From positions 576,001 through 640,000 of the forward strand of contig JAKFBS010000004.1 of assembly GCA_036677065.1 (NCBI GenBank): a stretch of DNA of 64,000 nt, given 5' to 3'. The notes beneath the pieces were generated by a model. That model searched no databases and was not told where the DNA came from. It saw only the letters and a list, made by a program, of their open reading frames with translations. Position numbers and translations under genes: made by a program. Each line of letters starts with the position of its first letter. Position 1 is the stretch's first letter. Origin of the DNA: Bdellovibrio sp. Lineage in GTDB: Bacteria > Bdellovibrionota > Bdellovibrionia > Bdellovibrionales > Bdellovibrionaceae. Positions 28,917 to 39,927 of this stretch are shown here, piece by piece.

Positions 28917-29819
28917 CTATGTGTTTAATTTAAAGTTAAAAATCGATTGGTCAAACGAGTTGTACGCTTCGTAATTTGTTAGATCGTACAATTGTTGACG
29001 AGTTTGCATCATTGGAATCGCTTCTTCTTGTGAACCAGTCTTTTTGATAATATCAAGACCCGCAGAAGTTGCACCCATGGCTAAACGTAAAGTTGTCACC
29101 GGGTAGATCACCATGTTGTAACCAAGGTTTTCTAATTCAGTTTTAGAGTAAAGTTTGCCTTTACCGAATTCAGTCATGTTTGCTAAAAGTGGAACTGAAA
29201 TCGCTTTTCTCATCGCTTCGAATTCTTTTTCGTTTTGCATAGCTTCGGGAAAAATCATTTCAGCACCAGCATCAACGTAAGCTTTGGCGCGGTCGATGGC
29301 TTTATCTAAACCTTCTGAAGCGCGAGAATCTGTGCGTGCGATAATTAAGAAATTTGCATCTAATTTTTTACCATTAACTGCGGCTCTGATTTTTTTAGTC
29401 ATTTGTGATGTTTCAACCACAGATTTATTATCAAGGTGACCGCAGCGTTTTGGATTTTCTTGATCTTCAAGATGGCAACCCGCTAAACCCATTTCGATAA
29501 ATTCTTGGATCGTGCGGGTTACATTCATTGGTTCGCCCCAGCCAGTGTCAGCGTCGATAATTGCTGGAAGCTTTGTAGTGCGCGCGATTTGACGACCGCG
29601 GTTTGCAACTTCTGTTAAAGTTGTCAAACCGATGTCTGGATAGCCTAGATCATTTGATAGAACAGATCCCGAGATGTAAACACCGTCAAAACCTTTTTGT
29701 TCAATCATCATACTCGCCAGCGGAGAAAACGATCCGGGAAACTGTAAAAGTTTTCCCGTTTTTAATTGATCACGAAAATTCTTTCTTTTTTCAGCCGCTG
29801 TAAGAGTAGGAAACATCAT
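28917..29819 (-). CDS. prpB: Methylisocitrate lyase
   Basis: EDQ..PKRCGH and LANMTEFG motifs. Confidence 0.95.
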   Translation of the reverse strand: MMFPTLTAAEKRKNFRDQLKTGKLLQFPGSFSPLASMMIEQKGFDGVYISGSVLSNDLGYPDIGLTTLTEVANRGRQIARTTKLPAIIDADTGWGEPMNVTRTIQEFIEMGLAGCHLEDQENPKRCGHLDNKSVVETSQMTKKIRAAVNGKKLDANFLIIARTDSRASEGLDKAIDRAKAYVDAGAEMIFPEAMQNEKEFEAMRKAISVPLLANMTEFGKGKLYSKTELENLGYNMVIYPVTTLRLAMGATSAGLDIIKKTGSQEEAIPMMQTRQQLYDLTNYEAYNSFDQSIFNFKLNT

Positions 29820-31328
29820 CTAGAAGATACCTTTTTGGTCGCGTTTGTTGTTGATTAATTTGTCGATTGGAATTTGAACGTTCAACTGCTGAACTTCAGC
29901 AGCTGTTAATTCTGGTAAGCGCTCACATAAAGAAATAAAACGGTTACGTTCTTCTTTTGTGATCACTTCAGAAGTTAATGTATCAAACTTGCGGATGTAA
30001 TCTGCGCGTTTGAATGGTTTTGCTCCTGCAGGATGCGCGTTAGCCACACCTAATTCATCAACGATTTTATCACCGTTGTTCATGGTGATTTCAACACGGC
30101 CACCGAACATTTTTTTGTTTGGGTCTTGGTCGTGGTAAGCTTCAGTCCATTTTGCTTCTTCAGTCGTTGTGATTTTATTCCATAAACGTACTGTATCAGG
30201 GCGGTTAGCGCGCTCTGGAGAATATGAGTCTACATGGTGCCAAGTGCCATCTTGTAAAGCTACAGCGAAGATGTACATGATTGAGTGATCTAATGTTTCG
30301 CGAGACGCTTTAGGGTCCATTTTTTGTGGATCATTCGCGCCAGTACCGATCACGTAATGTGTATGGTGAGACGTGTGGATCACAACTGATTTAATATCAT
30401 CGAAGTTAGTGATTTTAGTTTTCATACGCGAAGCTAAATCGATTAACGCTTGTGATTGGTATTCAGCAGAATGTTCTTTAGTGTAAGTTTCAAGGATGGC
30501 GCGTTTTTCTTCGCCAACTTCTGGAAGTGGTACAACGTATTTACCATCTTTTCCATCAAGGCAGTAAGCAATAACTGAATCTTCACCTTCATAAATCGGA
30601 GACGGGGCGCCTTCGCCGCGCATAGTTCTATCAACTGCTTCGATAGCTAATTTACCCGCGTGAGCAGGAGCATAAGCTTTCCAAGAAGAAATTTCACCTT
30701 TACGTGATTGGCGAGTTGTAAATGATACGTGAACCGCTTGTTGAATCGCTTGGAACACAGTTTCAGTTGGTAAACCTAAAAGCGTACCGATGCCGCCTGC
30801 AGAAGCTGGGCATAAATGCGCAATGTGATCTTTTTTATGTTTGTGTAAGCAAATTCCTTTTACTAGATCTACGTGTAATTCGTAACCAGCAACGATAGCT
30901 TTTAATAACTCTTTACCGTTTTTACCAGTTTGTTGAGCCACAGCTAAGATTGGTGGAATGTTATCACCTGGGTGAGAGTAATCTGCCGCTAAGAAAGTAT
31001 CATGGTAATCTAATTCTCGAACCGCAGTTCCATTAGCCCAAGCTGCCCATTCACAAGAAAACTTTTGATCATTCGGCATTCCAAAAACAGTAGCACCACC
31101 AGCACGTGGGTGAGCTAATGCCATGGCGCGAGCTGAAGCTACTGGATGACGGTTAGCAGCTGCGATAGCCACAGAAGCATTATCGATAATGCGGTTAATA
31201 ACCATGTCGATAACGTCTTCTTTGATGGGAGCGTTATCAGTACAGATTTCAGCCATTTTCCAAGCTAGTTGGTCACGGCGTTCTAATTTTTCTTTAGATG
31301 GGTAAACGCGAACGGTATGTTGACGCAT
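29820..31328 (-). CDS. prpD: 2-methylcitrate dehydratase (MmgE/PrpD)
   Basis: [20 protein letters not shown] and ISSWK motifs. Confidence 0.93.
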   Translation of the reverse strand: MRQHTVRVYPSKEKLERRDQLAWKMAEICTDNAPIKEDVIDMVINRIIDNASVAIAAANRHPVASARAMALAHPRAGGATVFGMPNDQKFSCEWAAWANGTAVRELDYHDTFLAADYSHPGDNIPPILAVAQQTGKNGKELLKAIVAGYELHVDLVKGICLHKHKKDHIAHLCPASAGGIGTLLGLPTETVFQAIQQAVHVSFTTRQSRKGEISSWKAYAPAHAGKLAIEAVDRTMRGEGAPSPIYEGEDSVIAYCLDGKDGKYVVPLPEVGEEKRAILETYTKEHSAEYQSQALIDLASRMKTKITNFDDIKSVVIHTSHHTHYVIGTGANDPQKMDPKASRETLDHSIMYIFAVALQDGTWHHVDSYSPERANRPDTVRLWNKITTTEEAKWTEAYHDQDPNKKMFGGRVEITMNNGDKIVDELGVANAHPAGAKPFKRADYIRKFDTLTSEVITKEERNRFISLCERLPELTAAEVQQLNVQIPIDKLINNKRDQKGIF

Positions 31329-31385
31329 ATGGGATCTCCTTTTGAAGCTTAGCGCGCGAGGGCGCGCGAATCTTCAAAAATTATC

Positions 31386-34190
31386 CTAGAAGATGCCGAC
31401 TGACAAATGAAAAGCCCCTTCTGACTCGTAGCTCTTTCTGTCGAGCTTTCGGGCATATTCTAAATTAAGCGGACCAACTGGCGTATTGTAGCGTAAGCCT
31501 ACTCCGGCAGCATCGCGGTAGCGGTCGTCGAATGAAATATGATCCACAATCACTTCGCCGCCGTCATAAAATACAGCACCCGCTAAGTTTTCAGAGCCAA
31601 ACAGCGGAAACCTGAATTCTGATTTGATTAATTGGTAAACTGAATAATTGTCTAGTTTGTAGTTCGCCGGAAGTTGCAGGTTTGTGGTCGGGAAAAATTC
31701 GCTCGACTCAAAACCACGTATTGTAGATCTTCCGCCTAAAATAAAACCTTTTTTATCAAAGGGAACACCAAATTCGTGGGTGCCCAGAGTTTTAACATAA
31801 CCTGCACGGTAAGAGTTGACCCAGATCAAACCTTTTTCTTCCCAAATGGGCTTGTAAAGCGTGAACTGGCCGGTGGCGCGGTAAAAATCATCGACATTGT
31901 GATTACCCTCAGATGAATATTCTAAAGTCAGGCGTGTCCAGTGGCCGTCAGTCGGATTTAAAATATTATCACGGTAATCAATATCAATGGTTGGTCCAAG
32001 CGTTACAATCACCAGGTCTTGGCGGGTGTAACCAAATTGAATTTCATCGTCTTTATCAATGCCTTCATCGACGTAATTAGAAATGTTTGGCAATTCAAAA
32101 ATTCCGGTAATGTGCGAAGTAAAATCCTGTTCAAACGAAAAAACAGTTTGATTGGTGAGCGTTGATTTACGAATGCTGATATCTGAAATTTCGCGGGCTG
32201 TGGTGTAGTTCACGCGAAAACGCGCGCGGGTATCAAATAAATACGGCTCAAGGTATCCGGCGGTGGCTTTATATTCGACAAAGTTAATAATCTCGGGATT
32301 GTATTTGGCTTCACCTCTTAATGAAGCCCCACGGCCCCAGCCACCGATATTGCGATAAGCGATTCCGGCAAAACCATGCAGAGTTAAATTATTTTCGTTG
32401 GTTACCCCGGCCCCTGCAGTAAAAACGCCGGGCTTACGTTCGTTGACGCGCACAACAACCGTGCGTTCTTGTGTGCTGGTGTTGGCTTCAAGTGTGTAAA
32501 TTTCAATGGTCGAAAAATGGCCCGTGCGTTGTAAGCGCGTTGTTGATTCATCAAGTTTAGTCGGCGTTAAAAGTTCACCGACTTTAAAATCAAGCTCAGT
32601 TAAGATCAGCTTAGCGTGAGTCATGTCGTTACCTTCGATTAAAATCGAACCAACGCGAATTTGTGGACCTTCGAAAATGTCTACACGAATCGAAGCTTCA
32701 GTTAAACTGTCAGAGTACTGAATTAAATTTTTATTTTCAGAAAGTAATTTTGATTCGATAAACCCATTATCAGCGTAAAATACTTTTAAATTATTTAAGG
32801 CTGTTTCAAGTTCGATAAGGCTTAGTTTTTGCCCTGTTTGAAGAGCTAAAATTTCGTTAATTTTATCTGTCGAAAAAAACTTATTACCAGTGATAGTGAT
32901 CTTTTCAATTGTTGCTTGCGGGCCTTCTTCGATTTGTAAAACCACGAGCGCTTTGTTTGACCTGCGGTTTTCTGAGCCGACCTGAATACGAGAAAGTTTG
33001 GCATTTACAAACCCTTCGTTCTGAAGATAAGTGATCAGGTTTTTTGCGGCCTGTTCGACATCAGCCTGGATTAAAACGTGTTCTTGGGTTTTAGATGAAG
33101 ATAATTTTTCGAATAAATTAACATAATACTTTTCAGGACGCGAAATGTTGCCGATGATTGAAATTTTATTAATTTTAACCAGTGGGCCTTCATTGACGTT
33201 TAAGGTGATAATATTTAATTCACCTTCTTTACGTTCGAAATGTAAAACTTCGCAGAAAGCGTAACCTTCAGCCAGATAGCGTAATCTGATTTTTTCGGCC
33301 AGATCTGAACCAAAGTTTTGATCGCTGGTAAAATACTCATCAAGTTTTAAAACTTCGTTAAACAACACCGGTTTATTAATTGAAAGTTCATTGGCATCTT
33401 TATGCTGAAACCGCTGGCCAATGATTTCAATTTTATACTTAGGCTGCGGTGTTAACTTAAAATTTAAACGTGTGCGCTGTTCATCGGCACTGAACGTGAT
33501 CGACGGCGAAGGAATATTTACTAAATAATAGCCTTCTGCATTTAAAGATTTTCTTAAACTTTTGCTGACAATCTTAAGATTGGTGTCAGATAAGATTTTG
33601 CCTTTACCGTTCCAGGTAAAATCGCGCTCAATTTCGAGGGTTTCATCGGCGGGTAAACCATCGACTTTAATCTCAGAAATTTCAGTTTTTTCGCCTGAGT
33701 TAACCTCAATAAATACTTCACGGGTGGTAGTGCTTTTATTGACGATGCGCGAACTAATCTGAACCTTGCGGTAACCGATATTTTTAAAATAATTTTGCAA
33801 ACGTTCAACCGCCGCAGCAGTTTTATTTTCGTCTTGGGCGTCGGCTAAGTTTAAAGCTAAGATTTCTAAAGCCTCTTCTTCATCGATTTCATTAAGATTT
33901 GTGAAATTAATAGCTTCAACTTTTGAGCTTAAGGTGCCGACTAAATAAAGTTCATCGTCTTTTTCGACGACTTTAAGCTGGGTAAAGTTAAGGTCGCGGT
34001 GAATATCTTTGATTAAGACTGAAATTTCTTCAGCGGTAAAACTTTTCTGCAGCAACGCCGGGTGCTTTTTTGCCAGCGGCGCAATGATATCTGCCGGCCA
34101 GTCTTTTAGATTGAATGCAGGGTATGTCTGCGCCAACGCCGGGGCAGTTATAAGTATAAATAAAAAAGAGCAAAGCAGGCTTTTTAGCAC
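31386..34190 (-). CDS. tamA: Omp85 family (TamA/BamA-like) protein with multiple POTRA domains
   Basis: Signal peptide, POTRA repeats, GG..TIRGF loop, C-terminal F; directly after tamB. Confidence 0.8.
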   Translation of the reverse strand: MLKSLLCSFLFILITAPALAQTYPAFNLKDWPADIIAPLAKKHPALLQKSFTAEEISVLIKDIHRDLNFTQLKVVEKDDELYLVGTLSSKVEAINFTNLNEIDEEEALEILALNLADAQDENKTAAAVERLQNYFKNIGYRKVQISSRIVNKSTTTREVFIEVNSGEKTEISEIKVDGLPADETLEIERDFTWNGKGKILSDTNLKIVSKSLRKSLNAEGYYLVNIPSPSITFSADEQRTRLNFKLTPQPKYKIEIIGQRFQHKDANELSINKPVLFNEVLKLDEYFTSDQNFGSDLAEKIRLRYLAEGYAFCEVLHFERKEGELNIITLNVNEGPLVKINKISIIGNISRPEKYYVNLFEKLSSSKTQEHVLIQADVEQAAKNLITYLQNEGFVNAKLSRIQVGSENRRSNKALVVLQIEEGPQATIEKITITGNKFFSTDKINEILALQTGQKLSLIELETALNNLKVFYADNGFIESKLLSENKNLIQYSDSLTEASIRVDIFEGPQIRVGSILIEGNDMTHAKLILTELDFKVGELLTPTKLDESTTRLQRTGHFSTIEIYTLEANTSTQERTVVVRVNERKPGVFTAGAGVTNENNLTLHGFAGIAYRNIGGWGRGASLRGEAKYNPEIINFVEYKATAGYLEPYLFDTRARFRVNYTTAREISDISIRKSTLTNQTVFSFEQDFTSHITGIFELPNISNYVDEGIDKDDEIQFGYTRQDLVIVTLGPTIDIDYRDNILNPTDGHWTRLTLEYSSEGNHNVDDFYRATGQFTLYKPIWEEKGLIWVNSYRAGYVKTLGTHEFGVPFDKKGFILGGRSTIRGFESSEFFPTTNLQLPANYKLDNYSVYQLIKSEFRFPLFGSENLAGAVFYDGGEVIVDHISFDDRYRDAAGVGLRYNTPVGPLNLEYARKLDRKSYESEGAFHLSVGIF

Positions 34191-37100
34191 TATTTAAATT
34201 CCTTTTTATATTCTAGATCCACGCCGTAGTTACCTTTATCATTTTCATTATTTTGAATAATGCTTGTTTCATTCGTATCTGACTGATTTTGATAATTTAA
34301 ATTCAGCGAGTAATCCGGGTGAAACAGCCACTGTAATTTCACTTCATTACTTTGTTGTGAGCCGGTCAAGGGCTTAGAAAACGAAGCATTGATTTTTTTG
34401 CTGATTTTTTTACTAACAACAACTTTCGGTACGGCAATATTCTTAGTTGAGTCCACCGACGGAGCAATTTGTACGTTTAAACCCAGTTTTTCTTGAATTT
34501 GTTTATTAAATTTAGATTGGTTAGAAATCGCCGCAATCACTTCAAGGCCTGTTTGTCTCTGTTGGGTATCTGAAGTTAAGTTCTGATCTTGTTTCGCCGA
34601 CGTAAATCCTAAGGCAAGTAATGAAAAAATATCATTTTCACTTAACGGGGGTTGTGAAGTCGGTTTAATCGACAAATTTTTAGCTTGGCCCGAGATCAAT
34701 AAACTGATGTCGTAATCACTAACCCGTGAACTGGCGTTTAGAAAGATCTCGGGATTTATATCAGCCGTTTTTTGGTCGCCGGGGTTGAAAATCACAAAAC
34801 CTGTTAAAATATCAAAGGGCTTATCTTTAAAGATAAGCTTACTGCCTTGGGCGATATCAACACGGCCGGTGATAATCGGAATTTCAGGCGAACCGGTAAT
34901 GCGTAATTCGCCAGTGGCTGTGCCTTCTAAGATCGAATTTTTAATAATAATCCCTTTAGGAAATTTAGGATTCACATCCAGTAACAGGGTAGGGCTTTGT
35001 TGGTTTAACTGCTGTGGGGGCAGATAACGGCTTGGCGCCAGCGTCAGCTTCATATCCTCGTCGCCGCCAGAAAATTCTTTAGTCACTAAGCCTTGGTCAA
35101 TATTGTAATCAATTTTTAATGTGTACGGCATCCATGACCCGAAGATCTTAACTTTGACTAAACCCGAAGTTTGCATTTGCGGCGGAAACTCTAAATCAAC
35201 GCGCGAGCTTTCAGCCTGAATATTAATATCAATATTTTGGGTGCCTAAAAAATTAATAAATCCAAATCCTGTGATAGGTGATTGGTTTAATTGCGCTTGT
35301 ACATTTGAAATAATTAATTTCGACTGTGAAAAATCAAGAGCCGCATTGATTTCTTTAATCGGGTACGGAAACCCTTTGAATTGCACAACCCCGTTTTTAA
35401 GAGCTCCGTCACCTGCTAAAGATAATTTATGCGAATTTAAATTTAAACCGAAATCAAATTCAAGCTGGCCATTTAAATTTTCTAAAAACGGCACTAGAAA
35501 CTGTAATGGGCGCAGTAAAATTTTGCCGTTAAAATTAATCACCGAGTTATGCTGGCTAATATCAAGACTTTGATCGGCGCCACGTAAGCTAATCGGCGTC
35601 AGTGTTTTTAACCCAGAGGCAAAAACAATTTCACTGGGGCGTTGTAATTTTAAAGTCTGGTTGCTTCGCTGTAATAAAAAATTATTCAGCTTAATAAAAC
35701 CTTTTAAATTAGTTAAATCGATCTTACGAGAGCGCAAATCAATTTCGGCAGTAACCAGCGCCGTTGTATCGACCGAAGGCGGCGGGATTTTGATCAGTGG
35801 CAAAAACGTCAGGGGATTTAAATCACGTAACTGCGCTTTAATAATAAAATCATGGTTATCATTAAATGGCAGTTGCAGTGCCGTCTGGGCTTGGCGCCCA
35901 AACACCTGGCCATTAAAGCTTAAGAAGTTTCTATTAATAACCACATCGCCCTGGCTTGATAATAGCGATTGGCCTTCGATGGTGAAGTCACGCAATGAAG
36001 TTTGACCAGAGATCTGAATGCGATCAATCGTGTCTGTGACTTTGCCATTCAGAGATATTAAGCCCGTTGATTTAGGTAAAAGTTTAACAAAGTGATCCAC
36101 TTCTTCGGCGCGTAAATTTTGCGAAGTAATATCTAAATTGAAGCGGGGATCGTTTTGTTGGGTGTTGATGTGCCCGCCAACGATAATTTGGCCTGAAGGC
36201 TTAGTAAGGATCACGCGATCAAAATTTATTTTTTCGCCAGTGGCGTTAAGATTTGCAATCAATTGATTAAAAGACTCTTCAGCCACAGCACCGCGATTAA
36301 GTTCTGCTTGCAAGCTGTATTTCATTTTCCAGAAGTCTAACGGGCCAGAAAAAGCCATGGCTCCCTGGCCTTGGCCGGTCAGAGTAAAAGGCAGGTAAAA
36401 GCGATCTTTTAAAATCGAGATGACGCTTTTTCCGTAAAGTCTTGGAAGTTTAACATCACCATTAATAGAAGAATCTTGAAAATTTATTTCAAGCCCCCCG
36501 TTATAAAGACTTTTTTCGATTTCGCCCGAGATATTATGCAATGTTAATTCAGAGGCTTTATAACCTAAATCACCAGAGAGTTGACCTAAGTGAAATTTGT
36601 CGATATCAAAGTTTTTAGCATTAAGTTTTGCACTGATAACGCCCCAGTCTGTGGCGCCATTGGTGTTCAGTTCGCCCGAGATAAGACCTTTTAAATTAAG
36701 ATGAGCTAAATTGTCGATATGGGCTAATTCAAAGTTAGTCGCTTTAAACTTCATATCAAAGCCATCATCGAACCCAACTTTACCGGTTGAGGTAAACTCA
36801 GACGTGGCAAGTTTTGCCTGCGCTTCGTAAGCTACACCCTTCAAATTTAAGTTAACTTTGCCGCCGACCAGGGCTTTTTTAACCTGCACGATGTATTTAT
36901 CATTTTTAAGACTGGATTTGACCCAGATATTTTCAGCGATGATTTTGGTGTCGCAATTAGAATCAAAGGGTAAAAGCTGGCCTGTGCAATTTGCTAAAAC
37001 CGAGGCATTCAAATCAGCAGGAATATTTTTTAGTTCAAGCGAGTTAAATAATTTTTGTAAGTTAAATTGGCTAACCTGAACTTTGCTTTTAAATTTAAAC

Positions 37101-38182
37101 GGCTTTTCTTGGCTAAATTGCACATCAGTTAAATGCGCCTGGCCCGCGGGGTGATCAAGGTTGATTTCGTCAAAGGCCACGTTATTGTCTTTGAAATTCA
37201 TTTTAATTTCGGCATTACCGAACTTGATAAAATTGAATTTCAGATTTTCGGTTTGTAATAAGAAGTTTCCAGAATTTTTTGTAAAGCCTGCGCCTTGCAA
37301 TTGGCCAGAAAATTTTAATTGGCCTAAGATCTGTGGCAGGCGTCTGTTTGTCGTATCGAAAAAATAATAAAACGGTTTTAAATTTTCAAATATAAGGGTG
37401 CCGTTTGTTTTGACAGCGAATTCAGGCTTAATCATCGCCATTCTAAAGTTATTTAAAGTGCCGCTGGCATTAATAAATGAGTTTTCAACTTTTGAAGTTA
37501 ATTTATGTAATTCAAGTTTGTTTTCGCTTAATGACGCCTGCCCGGATAGACGTATTGTCGCCCCGGTGATTTTAGAAATATTTTTTGTAACCAGTTCATG
37601 TTCAGAATCAGATAAGGCGATGACCAGGCTTTTCTGTTGATTCGCGACAGTGAGTAAATCGATATTTGATTTAAGCTTTGCAGCTTGGCTTTGAATTTCG
37701 AAAGTGAGCTGGGTGTCGTTGATCACGACTTTGTCGACAGGGATTTTAGGTAATAATTTAAATAACGGCTTTAGATCAATTTCTTTATTATCAGTTTTCG
37801 GTGTTAAGTTTAAAATCGTTTCGTTTAAATTAATTTTAGCATCATCTAAGCGTAAGTAAGATATGTTAAGTTGCCCGATTAATAAATTGAACGGATCAAT
37901 TTGTAGACGAACGCTTGGAACCGTTACTGTATTGCTGGTATCTTTATTTAGCGTAACGCTAATATCGTTGGCATAGGCCTGAAGTTTAATTAAAGAAAAA
38001 TCAAGAGTGCCAACTTCTAGTTTAACCAGCTCTTGCATTTGATTCAGTTTAGGAACTTGGTCTTTTACGGTTTTTAAAATCCAGGGTTTGATGGCGGTTA
38101 ACCACAATACACCCAGTAGCGCTAATGAAACAGCCGGCGTTAATGCCAGGCTAATCTTGGTGGAATTCTTCACGATTTCCAC
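34190..38182 (-). CDS. tamB: Translocation/assembly module TamB
   Basis: N-terminal TM anchor, 1330-aa beta-rich body, C-terminal SQPPLSENDIFSLLALG and DLEYKKEF. Confidence 0.88.
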   Translation of the reverse strand: MEIVKNSTKISLALTPAVSLALLGVLWLTAIKPWILKTVKDQVPKLNQMQELVKLEVGTLDFSLIKLQAYANDISVTLNKDTSNTVTVPSVRLQIDPFNLLIGQLNISYLRLDDAKINLNETILNLTPKTDNKEIDLKPLFKLLPKIPVDKVVINDTQLTFEIQSQAAKLKSNIDLLTVANQQKSLVIALSDSEHELVTKNISKITGATIRLSGQASLSENKLELHKLTSKVENSFINASGTLNNFRMAMIKPEFAVKTNGTLIFENLKPFYYFFDTTNRRLPQILGQLKFSGQLQGAGFTKNSGNFLLQTENLKFNFIKFGNAEIKMNFKDNNVAFDEINLDHPAGQAHLTDVQFSQEKPFKFKSKVQVSQFNLQKLFNSLELKNIPADLNASVLANCTGQLLPFDSNCDTKIIAENIWVKSSLKNDKYIVQVKKALVGGKVNLNLKGVAYEAQAKLATSEFTSTGKVGFDDGFDMKFKATNFELAHIDNLAHLNLKGLISGELNTNGATDWGVISAKLNAKNFDIDKFHLGQLSGDLGYKASELTLHNISGEIEKSLYNGGLEINFQDSSINGDVKLPRLYGKSVISILKDRFYLPFTLTGQGQGAMAFSGPLDFWKMKYSLQAELNRGAVAEESFNQLIANLNATGEKINFDRVILTKPSGQIIVGGHINTQQNDPRFNLDITSQNLRAEEVDHFVKLLPKSTGLISLNGKVTDTIDRIQISGQTSLRDFTIEGQSLLSSQGDVVINRNFLSFNGQVFGRQAQTALQLPFNDNHDFIIKAQLRDLNPLTFLPLIKIPPPSVDTTALVTAEIDLRSRKIDLTNLKGFIKLNNFLLQRSNQTLKLQRPSEIVFASGLKTLTPISLRGADQSLDISQHNSVINFNGKILLRPLQFLVPFLENLNGQLEFDFGLNLNSHKLSLAGDGALKNGVVQFKGFPYPIKEINAALDFSQSKLIISNVQAQLNQSPITGFGFINFLGTQNIDINIQAESSRVDLEFPPQMQTSGLVKVKIFGSWMPYTLKIDYNIDQGLVTKEFSGGDEDMKLTLAPSRYLPPQQLNQQSPTLLLDVNPKFPKGIIIKNSILEGTATGELRITGSPEIPIITGRVDIAQGSKLIFKDKPFDILTGFVIFNPGDQKTADINPEIFLNASSRVSDYDISLLISGQAKNLSIKPTSQPPLSENDIFSLLALGFTSAKQDQNLTSDTQQRQTGLEVIAAISNQSKFNKQIQEKLGLNVQIAPSVDSTKNIAVPKVVVSKKISKKINASFSKPLTGSQQSNEVKLQWLFHPDYSLNLNYQNQSDTNETSIIQNNENDKGNYGVDLEYKKEFK

Positions 38183-39234
38183 TCCACTAACAGGGCTTCA
38201 GCAGAGCGGTAAAAAGGAACAACTTGTAAAATGCTTTCCATTAAGCGGATCGCCAGGTCTTTTTTTCCTAAACCGTGGTAAGCAATCGCTTTTAAATAAG
38301 TAGCACCAAAAGCTGTGTCGGTAGACTGGCTTTCCTGGTTTTCAAGATATTCTAAAATATGTAAGAGCTCTAAGTATTTTCCGGCCTCTAAGAGAGCTTC
38401 AGCGCGCAGCCAGTTTCTGGCAGATGTTTCTGGTGCTTTTTCTAAAACGTTTAAACAGGCTTCATATAATTCAAATTGAAAAGCCAAGATCGCTAAATTG
38501 TATAATTGATCAGGCTGATTTTGTTTTAAGTCATCAGCGATTTTCAGGATGTTGGCATGCATTTCAGTTAAAAACTGTTCGTTGCTAGCGCTTTTATCCA
38601 GACTGGTTTTTGGTTTAACGAGTACACGCTTTGAAATGACCCGCTCTAAAATTTCGTCGGCCTTTTTTTCTAAGTGGGCTTGTTTTAATAAACCGATCTC
38701 TAAATCTTGTGGGTACAGTTTAGTTAACTGCTGGATGACGGCTTCTTCTTGGTCTTGCAATTGCGCTGTACGATAGTGATTGAGTTGTTCGATCAATCTG
38801 GTTTTTTGGCGCAGCCGATCTTCGGTATAATTTTTCTGAATCTCTTTTAATTCTTTTGCGACGCTGACAGAAAAAGTTTTTACGAAGGGCTGCTGTAGGG
38901 CAGTGGCTTCGAAAGGTTGTTTTTCGATGATCTCTTCACAGACATTAAAGGCCTGGTCAGTGATCGGTTTGTTTTGCTTAGATAGGGCTTCAATCAAAAA
39001 GCCTGTCGGAAATAATCCGATTTTTCCGCGCTCAACACATTTTACGTAAAGTTTTTTTAATAAATCAAAGCGGCCGCAAGTGATCAAAAAATGCGAAAGC
39101 CCTTCAATCTCTGAAGGGCTTAGGACTTCCATTTTTTCGTATTTAGCGACTAGCTCGCGGCTGACAAACTCGGTCGAGGTGCCCTCTTGAAAGTAATTAT
39201 GAATTTCAATTTCGAGGCTGTTTGTACCTGCCAA
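38170..39234 (-). CDS. TPR protein, probable homologue of B. bacteriovorus Bd2492 (MglA-interacting polar hub)
   Basis: C-terminal TPR-like helices (ATYLKAIAYHGLG); position between efp and tamB-tamA. Orthology is inferred from synteny. Confidence 0.65.
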   Translation of the reverse strand: MAGTNSLEIEIHNYFQEGTSTEFVSRELVAKYEKMEVLSPSEIEGLSHFLITCGRFDLLKKLYVKCVERGKIGLFPTGFLIEALSKQNKPITDQAFNVCEEIIEKQPFEATALQQPFVKTFSVSVAKELKEIQKNYTEDRLRQKTRLIEQLNHYRTAQLQDQEEAVIQQLTKLYPQDLEIGLLKQAHLEKKADEILERVISKRVLVKPKTSLDKSASNEQFLTEMHANILKIADDLKQNQPDQLYNLAILAFQFELYEACLNVLEKAPETSARNWLRAEALLEAGKYLELLHILEYLENQESQSTDTAFGATYLKAIAYHGLGKKDLAIRLMESILQVVPFYRSAEALLVEWKS

Positions 39235-39239
39235 AACTT

Positions 39240-39279
39240 ATCCCTGTATGTGAATGTTCCCACGATCCATCGCGGGAAC
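39240..39279 (-). promoter_or_regulatory. AUGGAU-loop hairpin plus SD GGA: candidate CsrA/RsmA site
   Basis: Minus strand GTTCCCGCG-ATGGAT-CGTGGGAAC, then ACAGGGAT just before the TTG start at 39234. Confidence 0.55.
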
Positions 39280-39305
39280 CAATTTTGATAAATTAAAAAC
39301 TGTAA

Positions 39306-39872
39306 TTACTTTTGACTGACGCGCTCTACGTAAGCGTCTTCAGTAGTATCAATTCTTAAAAGATCGCCTTCATTGATATGAAGAGGAACGTTAACAACTA
39401 ATCCAGTTTCCATCGTAGCTTGCTTAGTAGCACCAGTTACGCGATCACCTTTGATACCAGGTTCAGTTTGCGCAACTCTCATGTTGATGGCTTTCGGGAA
39501 TTCTACGTTCACTGGTTTATCGTTATAGATTGTGATGAACACAGCCAAATTTTCGATTAAATAATTTTTAGCATCGCCTACTTCGTGATCCATCATGCAG
39601 ATTTGTTCGAAAGTAGTTTGATTCATAAAGTTGTAACCGTTGTCATCTTTGTATAAGTAAGTCATCTCGACGTTTTCAACGTTAGGTACTTCAAATTTTT
39701 CGCCAGATTTAAAAGTGCGCTCAAGATTTTGTCCTGTTAACATGTTTCTTAATTTTGTGCGAGAGAACTGATTTCCTTTTCCCGGTTTAACGTGTTGGAA
39801 ATCAACGATCACATAAGGATTGCCTTCAACCATGATCTTTAAATTTTTTCTAAAATCTGCCGTTTCGTACAT
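39306..39872 (-). CDS. efp: Elongation factor P (Lys-type loop)
   Basis: HVKPGKG, PG.KGD...GATK.A.METG motifs. Confidence 0.97.
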   Translation of the reverse strand: MYETADFRKNLKIMVEGNPYVIVDFQHVKPGKGNQFSRTKLRNMLTGQNLERTFKSGEKFEVPNVENVEMTYLYKDDNGYNFMNQTTFEQICMMDHEVGDAKNYLIENLAVFITIYNDKPVNVEFPKAINMRVAQTEPGIKGDRVTGATKQATMETGLVVNVPLHINEGDLLRIDTTEDAYVERVSQK

Positions 39873-39927
39873 ACATACTCCAAAGTATTATTTATTTTAA
39901 TATCTTATGAGTTTAGCTGTTTACGAG

